64,000 nt of DNA from Alphaproteobacteria bacterium (GTDB lineage: Bacteria > Pseudomonadota > Alphaproteobacteria > CAAHEQ01 > UBA3637). The notes under the pieces are model-generated. The model worked only from the letters and a program-made list of their open reading frames with translations. It was not told the DNA's origin and did not search any database. The position numbers and the translations under genes are program-made. The stretch spans positions 32,001 to 96,000 of the forward strand of contig JAZUQR010000008.1 in the NCBI GenBank assembly GCA_045605805.1, given 5' to 3'. Shown here piece by piece: positions 56,230-64,000 of this stretch (its first letter is position 1; each line of letters starts with the position of its first letter).

Positions 56230-58434
56230 TTGAAAAAGATTCTTGATTACTCGGTTTCTGATTTGATGTCAGGGTTGCGCTCTGTGATGCAGAAAGAAAT
56301 GTCTGCTTCTCGTCGCTTGTCGGCTATTTTAACCTTATTGTGTGAGCAGTTGCATATGCCTTCGGCTGTTTTTTATATGATGCGTCCCGGTGAGGTGTTA
56401 GAACGCTATATGATGGTTGGTCAGTCAGGGCAACTGCCTTGTTTCGTGCGTTTAGGTGAGGCTGTGGCTGGTGAGGTGGCTTTAAGTAAAAAGCTGCGGA
56501 TTGTTTATGCCAAAACCGGTTTTAATAAAACAGTGTTTGCTGTGCCTGTCTTGCGGGGCAGCGAGGTGGTGGCTGTTTTGGAAATGCGATCTGATAAAGT
56601 TCAATCGTTGCCAAATGAAGTGATAGAAGCGGTTGAAAATGTAGCGATGATTTTGGCGGAGTTTTTGCCTGAATTGAAAGTGGGTAAAACTTCTGAAAAA
56701 CTTGGAAATATCAGTCCCAGCACACAGATAGAAGGTATTCCCTTGGTGCGTGGCTTTGCTTTGGGCTCGGTTTTAATTCATCGTCGTTTTGAAGTGACCG
56801 GATCTATTTTAACAGATAATCCAAATCGGGAAATTAAAGCCTTGAATGGGGCATTTTCTCGTGTGCAGAGACTTTTGAAAAAGCGTTTGAATCGTACAGG
56901 ACTGCCTATTGAAGAAAAAGAATTATTTGACGGCTATTTGATGTTTTTGAATGATGTTGTTTGGAAAGGCAAGGTCTTATCTTCCATTCAATCGGGCTTG
57001 ACGGCACAGGTTGCTTTGCAAAAGGTGGCTGAGGAAATGATGGATAAAATGCGTTCCTCTGGCGATGTTTATTGGCGTGAACGGGCAAAGGATTTTCAAG
57101 ATTTAACTGTGCGTTTGATGCAATCGTTGGAACAGAAATCAACACGAAAAAAAATTGTTGGAAATAAGATTTTGGTGGCGGATACTTTGGGGGCTTCTGA
57201 ACTGTTGGATTACGATTTGAAGCATATTAAAGGGATTGTGTTGGAAGATGCCTCTCAAACTACCCATGTTGTGATTGTTGCTCGGGCGTATCGCATCCCC
57301 TTGATTGGTGGCGTAAAAGATGTTGCTAAAATGTTTTCCGATTCTGCACCGGTTGCTATGGATGCGGTACGAGGGGTGATTTATTTGCATCCTACTGATG
57401 AAGTGTTAGAGACGCTTCGTGTTCAAAAACAACATTTATTGCGTTTGGCCAGAATGGAGGCCAGACATCGGGATAAACCCGCCTTTACCAAAGATGGTGA
57501 GCGTATTTGCTTGATGTTAAACCTTGGGCTGTCGGCTGGATTGGATAAACTGCCTTCTTGTGATGGTGTGGGGTTGTACAGAACGGAATTGTTGTTTATG
57601 ACGGCCAAGTCTTTTCCGGATATAAAAGCTCAGACAGAAGCCTATAAACGAGTTTTGGCTTTGGCCAAAGGGCTGCCAGTGGTGTTCAGAACATTGGATA
57701 TCGGTTCGGATAAAGTATTGCCGTATTTAACACAACAGACAGAAGAAAATCCGGCCATGGGATGGCGTTCTATTCGTATGGTGTTGGACAGACGGGCTTT
57801 GTTGCGGAATCAGTTGCGGGCTTTGGTGCGAGCAACGGCTGGGGATGTTTTGCGTGTGATGTTCCCAATGGTGACGGATGTTTCCGAATTTTTGGAGGCT
57901 AAACGCACTTTGGACATTGAAGTGAAAAATGCAATGGCTCGCAAAGAAAAAGTACCAAAAGAAATTATGATTGGAACTATGTTGGAAGTCCCATCGTTGA
58001 TTTTTCAATTGGAAAAATTATTACCCTATGTTGATTTTGTTTCGGTTGGGACAAATGATTTGGCACAATTTATGTTTGCTGCCGATCGGACAAACGCCCT
58101 TTTATCTAATCGCTATGATGTTTTATCACCGGCATTTTTGAAGATGTTGAAATATGTCGCTGATATGTGTACAGCCTTCAATGTAAAATGTTCCGTGTGT
58201 GGTGAGATGGCTTCTCGTCCCGTTGATGCTTTGACTTTGGTGGCATTGGGATATCGTGTTTTGTCTATGAGTCCCGAAGCCTTAGGTGGGGTTAAAATGG
58301 CTATTTCTAGTTTGGAGTTGGCTCGGTTTGAAAAATATCTTTACTCTCGGTTGGACAGTGCGCAATCGTCTTTACGAGAGGATTTATATGCTTATTTACG
58401 AGATCATCATGTTCAATTAGGAGATTTACAATGA
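56230..58434 (+). CDS. ptsP: PTS enzyme I-Ntr (GAF-containing)
   Basis: N-terminal GAF-like region; TTHVVIVAR, GVGLYRTE, SVGTNDL and CGEMA motifs. Confidence 0.9.
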   Translation: MKKILDYSVSDLMSGLRSVMQKEMSASRRLSAILTLLCEQLHMPSAVFYMMRPGEVLERYMMVGQSGQLPCFVRLGEAVAGEVALSKKLRIVYAKTGFNKTVFAVPVLRGSEVVAVLEMRSDKVQSLPNEVIEAVENVAMILAEFLPELKVGKTSEKLGNISPSTQIEGIPLVRGFALGSVLIHRRFEVTGSILTDNPNREIKALNGAFSRVQRLLKKRLNRTGLPIEEKELFDGYLMFLNDVVWKGKVLSSIQSGLTAQVALQKVAEEMMDKMRSSGDVYWRERAKDFQDLTVRLMQSLEQKSTRKKIVGNKILVADTLGASELLDYDLKHIKGIVLEDASQTTHVVIVARAYRIPLIGGVKDVAKMFSDSAPVAMDAVRGVIYLHPTDEVLETLRVQKQHLLRLARMEARHRDKPAFTKDGERICLMLNLGLSAGLDKLPSCDGVGLYRTELLFMTAKSFPDIKAQTEAYKRVLALAKGLPVVFRTLDIGSDKVLPYLTQQTEENPAMGWRSIRMVLDRRALLRNQLRALVRATAGDVLRVMFPMVTDVSEFLEAKRTLDIEVKNAMARKEKVPKEIMIGTMLEVPSLIFQLEKLLPYVDFVSVGTNDLAQFMFAADRTNALLSNRYDVLSPAFLKMLKYVADMCTAFNVKCSVCGEMASRPVDALTLVALGYRVLSMSPEALGGVKMAISSLELARFEKYLYSRLDSAQSSLREDLYAYLRDHHVQLGDLQ

Positions 58435-58643
58435 AAAAGTGGATTTTCCCTTTAACAATTTGTGCTGTATTTATTTTTATTGCTGCTTTATTTTTAACAC
58501 CGGATTTTACATCTCGTTGTACTTATGATTTGATTGAATGCGTGGAAATTGGAAATCGTTCTCATTCCTTTTGGGGACGGATATGGGCGCATTTAGGGTG
58601 TGTGTTTTCCAATGTTTTTTGTGTGTTGGGAGGTTTGTTTTAG
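58431..58643 (+). CDS. Small membrane protein
   Basis: Coupled to ptsP and glk; RBS AGGAG; hydrophobic N-terminus. Confidence 0.55.
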   Translation: MKKWIFPLTICAVFIFIAALFLTPDFTSRCTYDLIECVEIGNRSHSFWGRIWAHLGCVFSNVFCVLGGLF

Positions 58644-59501
58644 ATGGCTGTTGTTGTGGGAGATTTTGGTGCAACAAACATTCGTTTGGCTGTGCTTCGT
58701 TCTGGACAAATGTCGGATATTTATCGCTTTGCATGTGATGATTTTCGGGAGGCGTATGCGGTGCTTCGTTCTTTTGTTTATGCTTATGTGCCGGATGTTT
58801 CCTCGGTACTTTTAGGGGTTCCGGGGCCGGTTGTCAATGGATCTGTTTCTTGGACAAATCGACCTTGGCAGTTGGATGAAAAAAAATTAAAAAAGATGTT
58901 TAACCTTCAACAAGTGTTTTTGAAGAATGATTTGGTTGTTCAAGGTGAGGCTTTGCCCTGTTTATCCAAAAAAGATTTTATGGTTTTACAAAAAGGCAAA
59001 GCCAGAACGGGCGTGAAGGTTCTTGCGAATGTTGGCACAGGGCTTGGGGTTTGTTTTGTGTGTGATGGACAAGTTTTTCCTGCGGAATATGGTCAGACTT
59101 TGTTGGAAGACGGTATGCCTTTGGAGAAGATGGTCTCCGCCACCGGTTTTAAGGCTTTGTACGCAGATATTAAAGGTGAAGAAGGTGTTTCTTCTTCGGA
59201 GATTTTTAAGCGTTTTCAGACCAAAGAAACAGCAGCGTTGGAAACATACGAGTTGTTTTATTTGTATTTAGGGCGGACTTTGATGAATTTGGCACTTACT
59301 TTTCAAGCTGTGGGTGGTGTTTATTTTGCGGGTAATATGTTGGATGAGAATACTTTGCAAAACTTTAAGATTATTGAAAAGTTTTTGGCTCATCCCACGA
59401 TGAGACCGATTTTGAAGAATATCCCTGTTTGCTTTGTTAAACAAAAGGATTTTGCTTTTTTGGGGCTCAAAAAGTTAGTGAAAAAATACGATTTGTCATA
59501 G
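58644..59501 (+). CDS. glk: Glucokinase
   Basis: DFGATNIRLA, GVPGPV, ND, GTGLG and GGVYFAG motifs. Confidence 0.85.
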   Translation: MAVVVGDFGATNIRLAVLRSGQMSDIYRFACDDFREAYAVLRSFVYAYVPDVSSVLLGVPGPVVNGSVSWTNRPWQLDEKKLKKMFNLQQVFLKNDLVVQGEALPCLSKKDFMVLQKGKARTGVKVLANVGTGLGVCFVCDGQVFPAEYGQTLLEDGMPLEKMVSATGFKALYADIKGEEGVSSSEIFKRFQTKETAALETYELFYLYLGRTLMNLALTFQAVGGVYFAGNMLDENTLQNFKIIEKFLAHPTMRPILKNIPVCFVKQKDFAFLGLKKLVKKYDLS

Positions 59502-59859
59502 CTAAAAAGCCGTTTCTGCGGGAAGGGGACAAATGTTCTTCCAATCCAAGTCGTTTGAAAATGCCTAACATATCCAGATTTTGAATTTCTTTTGAGGTGC
59601 GACCGTTGACAAATGTGAGAAGTACTGCTTCTAATCCCCTTACAATATGCGAATCGCTTGTGGCATTGAAATAGTGCTTGTCGCCCTCTGTATAGTGTGT
59701 AATCCATACTTGTGATTGACAACCTTCCACTTTGTTTGCGTCTGTTTTGTCGCTTTCAGGAAAGGCGCGCATATGATCTCCAAGGTCAATCAGATAGCGG
59801 TATTTATCTTCCCAATCCATCAACATTTGAAAGTTTTCCATCAATTCTGCTGGTGTCAT
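59467..59859 (-). CDS. sufE: Cysteine desulfuration protein SufE
   Basis: WEDKYRYLIDLG, VEGCQSQVW and LSPSRRNG motifs. Confidence 0.92.
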   Translation of the reverse strand: MTPAELMENFQMLMDWEDKYRYLIDLGDHMRAFPESDKTDANKVEGCQSQVWITHYTEGDKHYFNATSDSHIVRGLEAVLLTFVNGRTSKEIQNLDMLGIFKRLGLEEHLSPSRRNGFLAMTNRIFSLTF

Positions 59860-59930
59860 TTTTTTTCTCCTGTTTTTAATTTATGAAAAAAAGATAGCAT
59901 TTTTTTCTCTTTTATGCTATATTATACAAA

Positions 59931-60599
59931 ATGAAATGGGAAATCAAGCATTTTAATTCTTTATCCAGCACAAATTTAACAGCACGGGATTATCCTGTGG
60001 GTACTGTGGTGTTGGCTGATGTGCAAACCGATGGTCGTGGGCGTTATGGTCGGATATGGCACGGTTCAGCCGGCAACTTATATGCTTCGTTTGTATTTGA
60101 TAGAAATGCTTGCTATGTCCCATATCTTTCTTTTTTGGCCGGATTGGCTTTGGCAGAAAGTTTGCCAGAGCTGAATGTGCGTTTGAAATGGCCAAATGAT
60201 GTTTTGTTGAATGGAGCAAAGGTGGCTGGTATTTTGTTGGAAGTTGTGGATGATAAGGTGATTGTTGGTGTTGGTGTGAATCTTGTTTCTCATCCGGAGG
60301 AAAAAGATATGCTGTATCCGGTTGCTGATTTGTCTGGGCGTTTTACTGCCATGGGTTTGTTGAACCGTTTGATGCTTCAATTGGATGCTTTGTTGGATGT
60401 TTTCCAGAAAAAAGGCTTTGATAAGATTCGCAAGCGGTGGTTGGATTTGGCGGTTGGTGTGGGTGATACGATTTTAGTTCAGCTGCCAACAAAAAAGATA
60501 ACAGGGATTTTTAAGGGGATAGGTGAAGAGGGTGCTTTACTGTTAAAAACCAAAAAAGGCCTTCAAAATATCACTGTGGGAGATGTTTTTTTAATTTAA
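59931..60599 (+). CDS. birA: Biotin--protein ligase (no HTH domain)
   Basis: STN, QTDGRGR, KWPND and KVAGIL motifs. Confidence 0.93.
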   Translation: MKWEIKHFNSLSSTNLTARDYPVGTVVLADVQTDGRGRYGRIWHGSAGNLYASFVFDRNACYVPYLSFLAGLALAESLPELNVRLKWPNDVLLNGAKVAGILLEVVDDKVIVGVGVNLVSHPEEKDMLYPVADLSGRFTAMGLLNRLMLQLDALLDVFQKKGFDKIRKRWLDLAVGVGDTILVQLPTKKITGIFKGIGEEGALLLKTKKGLQNITVGDVFLI

Positions 60600-60629
60600 T
60601 GTATAACTTTAATATGAAAGAATAACTAT

Positions 60630-62318
60630 ATGGAAAATAATGAAAAAAATGAAAATAAAATTGTGATTCCAAAAGATGAGTTTGTTTTTCTTCCTTTGGG
60701 TGGGGCAACAGATATTGGAATGAACTTTTTTGCTTATGGCTATCGTGGTAAGTGGTTGATTGTGGATTGCGGAATAGGTTTTCCTGGTGAAAACTTGCCA
60801 GGGGTGGATTGCTTATTGCCTGATCCGTCTTTTTTATCGGAAAGACAAGAAGATATTGTTGGTTTGGTGATAACGCATGCACACGAAGATCACATTGGAG
60901 CGATTGGTTATTTGTGGCATGATTTACATTGTCCGATTTATTGTACGCCCTTTGCAAATGAGTTAGTTGAATCTAAATTGAGTGAGATGGGCCTTTTGGG
61001 GCGTGCGGATGTGCATGTTGTGGCCCAAGGGGATATTGTGGATTTATCGCCTTTTGAAGTGGAGTTTGTTAGAATGAATCACTCGTTGCCTGAGCCGAAT
61101 GCGTTGGCAATTCGCACCGAAGAAGGGCTTGTTGTTCATACGGGTGATTGGCGTTTGGATGCGGATCCTGTTTTGGGTCAAGCCCCTGATTTTAAGGCAT
61201 TGGAGGACTTTGGTAAAGAAGGGGTTTTAGCGTTGGTTTGTGATTCTACCAATGCTTCGGGTGAAGCATCTGAGTTCACCGAGGCTGATGTGCGTGTGAC
61301 TTTGGAACGATTGGTGAAAGACCATCCGGATGTACACATTGCTGTGGCCTGTTTTGCCAGTAATGTGGCTCGGATGAAAAGCATTTACTATGCGGCTAAT
61401 GCTGCGGGGCGAGAGGTTTGTTTATTGGGACGCAGTTTGTGGCGGATTGATGCGGCAGCGCGGGCCACAGGCTATTTTGATGATATTCCTGAGTTTTTGT
61501 CGGAAGAGGAAGCTGTGGAAAGACCTCGTGGTTCGGTGCTTTATATCTGTACCGGTTCGCAGGGAGAGCCTTATTCTGCGTTGAATAATTTGGCGGCTAC
61601 AACACCGAATAAAGGCTCGGTTTATTTTGGGACAGATGATGTGGTGATTTTTTCGTCTCGTGTTATTCCAGGGAATGAAAAAGCGATTAGTCTTTTGCAA
61701 AAACGCTTGGCCAGCAAGGGTATTAAAATTATTACAGATCGAGAAGATTTGGTTCATGTGTCGGGGCATTATGCGGGCGAAGATTTGGAAAAACTTTATG
61801 CCATTTTGAAGCCAAAAATTGCTTTGCCGGTGCATGGTGAGGCTTTGGAGTTGGTGTACCACAGTAATGTGGCCAAAAAATGTGGGGTACCCTATGTTTT
61901 TTGTTTGGAAGATGGTGAAGTTTTGGTGCTGAGTGGTGATGCTCCAGAGATTTTAGGAGAAGTTCAAGCCGGTATTTTGGCAGTGGACGGCAAACAGATT
62001 ATTCCCCTTAATGCCGAAGTGATTAAAAAACGCAGAAAGATGATGGATGAAGGAACGGCTGTATTGACCTTGGTTATTGATAAAAAGGGACAAGTTTTGG
62101 GACAGCCTCAATTGTCTACTTTTGGATTACTTGCTGCGGATGGGGCAGAGCAGGAAGAATTGCTGGTGCGTATCACAAACGCCATGGCAGAAGTGGCACC
62201 GGAACGATTGGATGATGACAATTTAATCAAGGATAAAATGCGTCATACTATTCGCCAATTCTTGTCTGAAAAATACGGCAAAAAACCTCTGATGGAAATT
62301 CATTTAATACGGGTTTAA
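60630..62318 (+). CDS. rnj: Ribonuclease J
   Basis: THAHEDHIG, HTGDW, DSTN, HVSGH and PVHGE motifs. Confidence 0.95.
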   Translation: MENNEKNENKIVIPKDEFVFLPLGGATDIGMNFFAYGYRGKWLIVDCGIGFPGENLPGVDCLLPDPSFLSERQEDIVGLVITHAHEDHIGAIGYLWHDLHCPIYCTPFANELVESKLSEMGLLGRADVHVVAQGDIVDLSPFEVEFVRMNHSLPEPNALAIRTEEGLVVHTGDWRLDADPVLGQAPDFKALEDFGKEGVLALVCDSTNASGEASEFTEADVRVTLERLVKDHPDVHIAVACFASNVARMKSIYYAANAAGREVCLLGRSLWRIDAAARATGYFDDIPEFLSEEEAVERPRGSVLYICTGSQGEPYSALNNLAATTPNKGSVYFGTDDVVIFSSRVIPGNEKAISLLQKRLASKGIKIITDREDLVHVSGHYAGEDLEKLYAILKPKIALPVHGEALELVYHSNVAKKCGVPYVFCLEDGEVLVLSGDAPEILGEVQAGILAVDGKQIIPLNAEVIKKRRKMMDEGTAVLTLVIDKKGQVLGQPQLSTFGLLAADGAEQEELLVRITNAMAEVAPERLDDDNLIKDKMRHTIRQFLSEKYGKKPLMEIHLIRV

Positions 62319-62319
62319 T

Positions 62320-63624
62320 TTAATGAAGCAAGGGCGACCAAGCCGGATCACTTGCGTCTGTGCTTGTTTGCAGTTCTGTTTCAAAATAGCCTGTGATGTC
62401 AATGGTGAACAGTTTTGCGGTTTGTCCTTTGCCTTTTTTATCCATTGGTGTTTGCTTCCAAAAGGCCAAAATACGCCCATTGGGGGCCCATGTTGGCCCT
62501 TCCACAAGCCAACCCTTTGTAATGAGTCTTTCTCCAGATCCGTTTGGTTTCATAAGGCCAATGTGAAACTGTCCGTCTTTGATTTTTGTGAAGGCAATAT
62601 AATCCCCTCGTGGTGACCAAACAGGGGTGGCATAACTGCCTTCGCCAAAGCTGATTCTTTGCACATTTGTGCCATCTGTGTTCATCACATATAATTGTTG
62701 CTTGCCAGAACGATCCGAGTTGAAAACAATTTGCTTGCCATTTGGGGAAAAGCTGGGTGAGGTATCAATGGCATGATGGTTTGTCAATTGGGTGCGTTTT
62801 TGGGTTTTCAAATGATACAGATAGATTTCTGAATTACCTCGTTTGGATTGCGAATAGACCAAGTATTCTCCGTTGGGTGAAAAACGAGGGGCAAAAGACA
62901 TGCCTTCAAAAGTTCCCAATGCTTTTGTTGTTAAATCTTGCGTGTTCATAATATACAGCTGTGGCTTGCCTTTGGCGTAGGACATATAGACAATTTCTTT
63001 CATGTTTGGTGAAAAGCGAGGTGTCATGGCCATATCTTTTCCGTCTGTTAAATAGCGTAGGTTAGCCCCATCTTGATCCATAACGGCCAATCTTCTTTGA
63101 CGGTTTTGGGCGTTTCCTCGTTCGGAAATGAAGGCGATTTTTGTATCAAAATAACCTTTTTCTCCTGTCAACCGTTCATAAATAATATCGGAAATGACAT
63201 GGGCAATTTTGCGCCAATTATCTGATGGGGCAGACAATCGCTTTGCTTCCAGCTGTTGTTGGGCGTAGATATCCCAAATGCGAAAGGAAATATAGATTTT
63301 ATTGTCCAGCCCTTGACTTATTTCGCCATGAATTAAGGCGTGGGCGTTCAGAGCTTGCCAATCGGCAAAGTGCGGTTGTGTTTGTAAGGAATCCATTTGT
63401 TGGATATGCGCTTCTTTATCTATGATGCGAAACAGATTTGATTTTTCCAGATTTTGAGTAATTATTTGGGTAATTTGTTCCCCAAGATTTGTGTTTGTTG
63501 TGGCGGTAAAGTTGCTTATGGCTATTGGGGTTGGGTCTGATTTTGCGCCTTCTATATCAATGCGCAAAGCAGCCCTTGCATGAGCGGACAGACAAATCAG
63601 GCATAACAGTATCAGCTTTTTCAT
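62320..63624 (-). CDS. tolB: Tol-Pal system protein TolB
   Basis: Signal peptide; [14 protein letters not shown]; PD40 repeats (P.FSPNG, PAWSP). Confidence 0.95.
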   Translation of the reverse strand: MKKLILLCLICLSAHARAALRIDIEGAKSDPTPIAISNFTATTNTNLGEQITQIITQNLEKSNLFRIIDKEAHIQQMDSLQTQPHFADWQALNAHALIHGEISQGLDNKIYISFRIWDIYAQQQLEAKRLSAPSDNWRKIAHVISDIIYERLTGEKGYFDTKIAFISERGNAQNRQRRLAVMDQDGANLRYLTDGKDMAMTPRFSPNMKEIVYMSYAKGKPQLYIMNTQDLTTKALGTFEGMSFAPRFSPNGEYLVYSQSKRGNSEIYLYHLKTQKRTQLTNHHAIDTSPSFSPNGKQIVFNSDRSGKQQLYVMNTDGTNVQRISFGEGSYATPVWSPRGDYIAFTKIKDGQFHIGLMKPNGSGERLITKGWLVEGPTWAPNGRILAFWKQTPMDKKGKGQTAKLFTIDITGYFETELQTSTDASDPAWSPLLH

Positions 63625-63636
63625 TTTTCCCCCTTT

Positions 63637-64000
63637 TTAGAACACATTAGCATCCATTGGATTAAAATGCAAGTGTAATTCTTTCCAATCATTATAATGT
63701 TCGGCATAGGTGTTGGCCAAGATTTTGAAAGGTGATTCTTCGCCTTTTTGGGCGCAAATATGGACAGCCCGACGGGCACTTTCAGCCAAAGATTTGAATG
63801 CAGGAAGATTCATATTATTTGAGATAGTGGCTTCTCGGACAGAGCCGTCTTTATTCAGTAATACTTTAATTTCTATGATAATTTCTTCAATGTTTTGGGC
63901 ACCACCGTCTATGTTCCAACACTCACGCAACTTGGAGGCGATGAAGTCTTTTTCGGAAATTGTCAGCACTTTATCTATGCGTCCTTCTAAGCTGGTTGAG
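63637..64000 (-). CDS. tolA: TolA C-terminal domain (5' part outside window)
   Basis: CWNI, AESARRAV..C and W..L.L.FNP motifs; directly upstream of tolB. Confidence 0.75.
   Translation of the reverse strand, partial: STSLEGRIDKVLTISEKDFIASKLRECWNIDGGAQNIEEIIIEIKVLLNKDGSVREATISNNMNLPAFKSLAESARRAVHICAQKGEESPFKILANTYAEHYNDWKELHLHFNPMDANVF

Overview
The window has two parts. Bases 1 to about 33.2 kb hold the right arm of a lambda-like siphovirus prophage (head, tail and lysis genes) followed by an accessory cargo block that ends at the 3' end of a tRNA-Pro(GGG). From about 33.4 kb to the end is ordinary alphaproteobacterial-type chromosome: mreBCD-mrdA-rodA, dusB, trkA, mfd, proS, murJ, fabD, ptsP, glk, sufE, birA, rnj, tolB/tolA and three more tRNAs. 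The standout is a complete diversity-generating retroelement (DGR; Avd-like gene, template repeat TR 18448-18566, reverse transcriptase). Its variable repeat (VR, 20074-20192) differs from TR at 23 positions, all TR adenines. This VR is not in a tail fibre or at a C-terminus. It lies near the N-terminus of an apparently circularly permuted DUF6273/C-type-lectin-like domain fused to a MoxR-type AAA+ ATPase, which is encoded with a degenerate AAA-like protein and an HExxH-vWA protein. The cargo also carries HU, a highly structured putative RNA ahead of a SLOG/YspA gene, and a type III restriction-modification locus with an inserted gene and a degenerate SNF2-like helicase. All family assignments come from motif recognition by eye; no searches were run.
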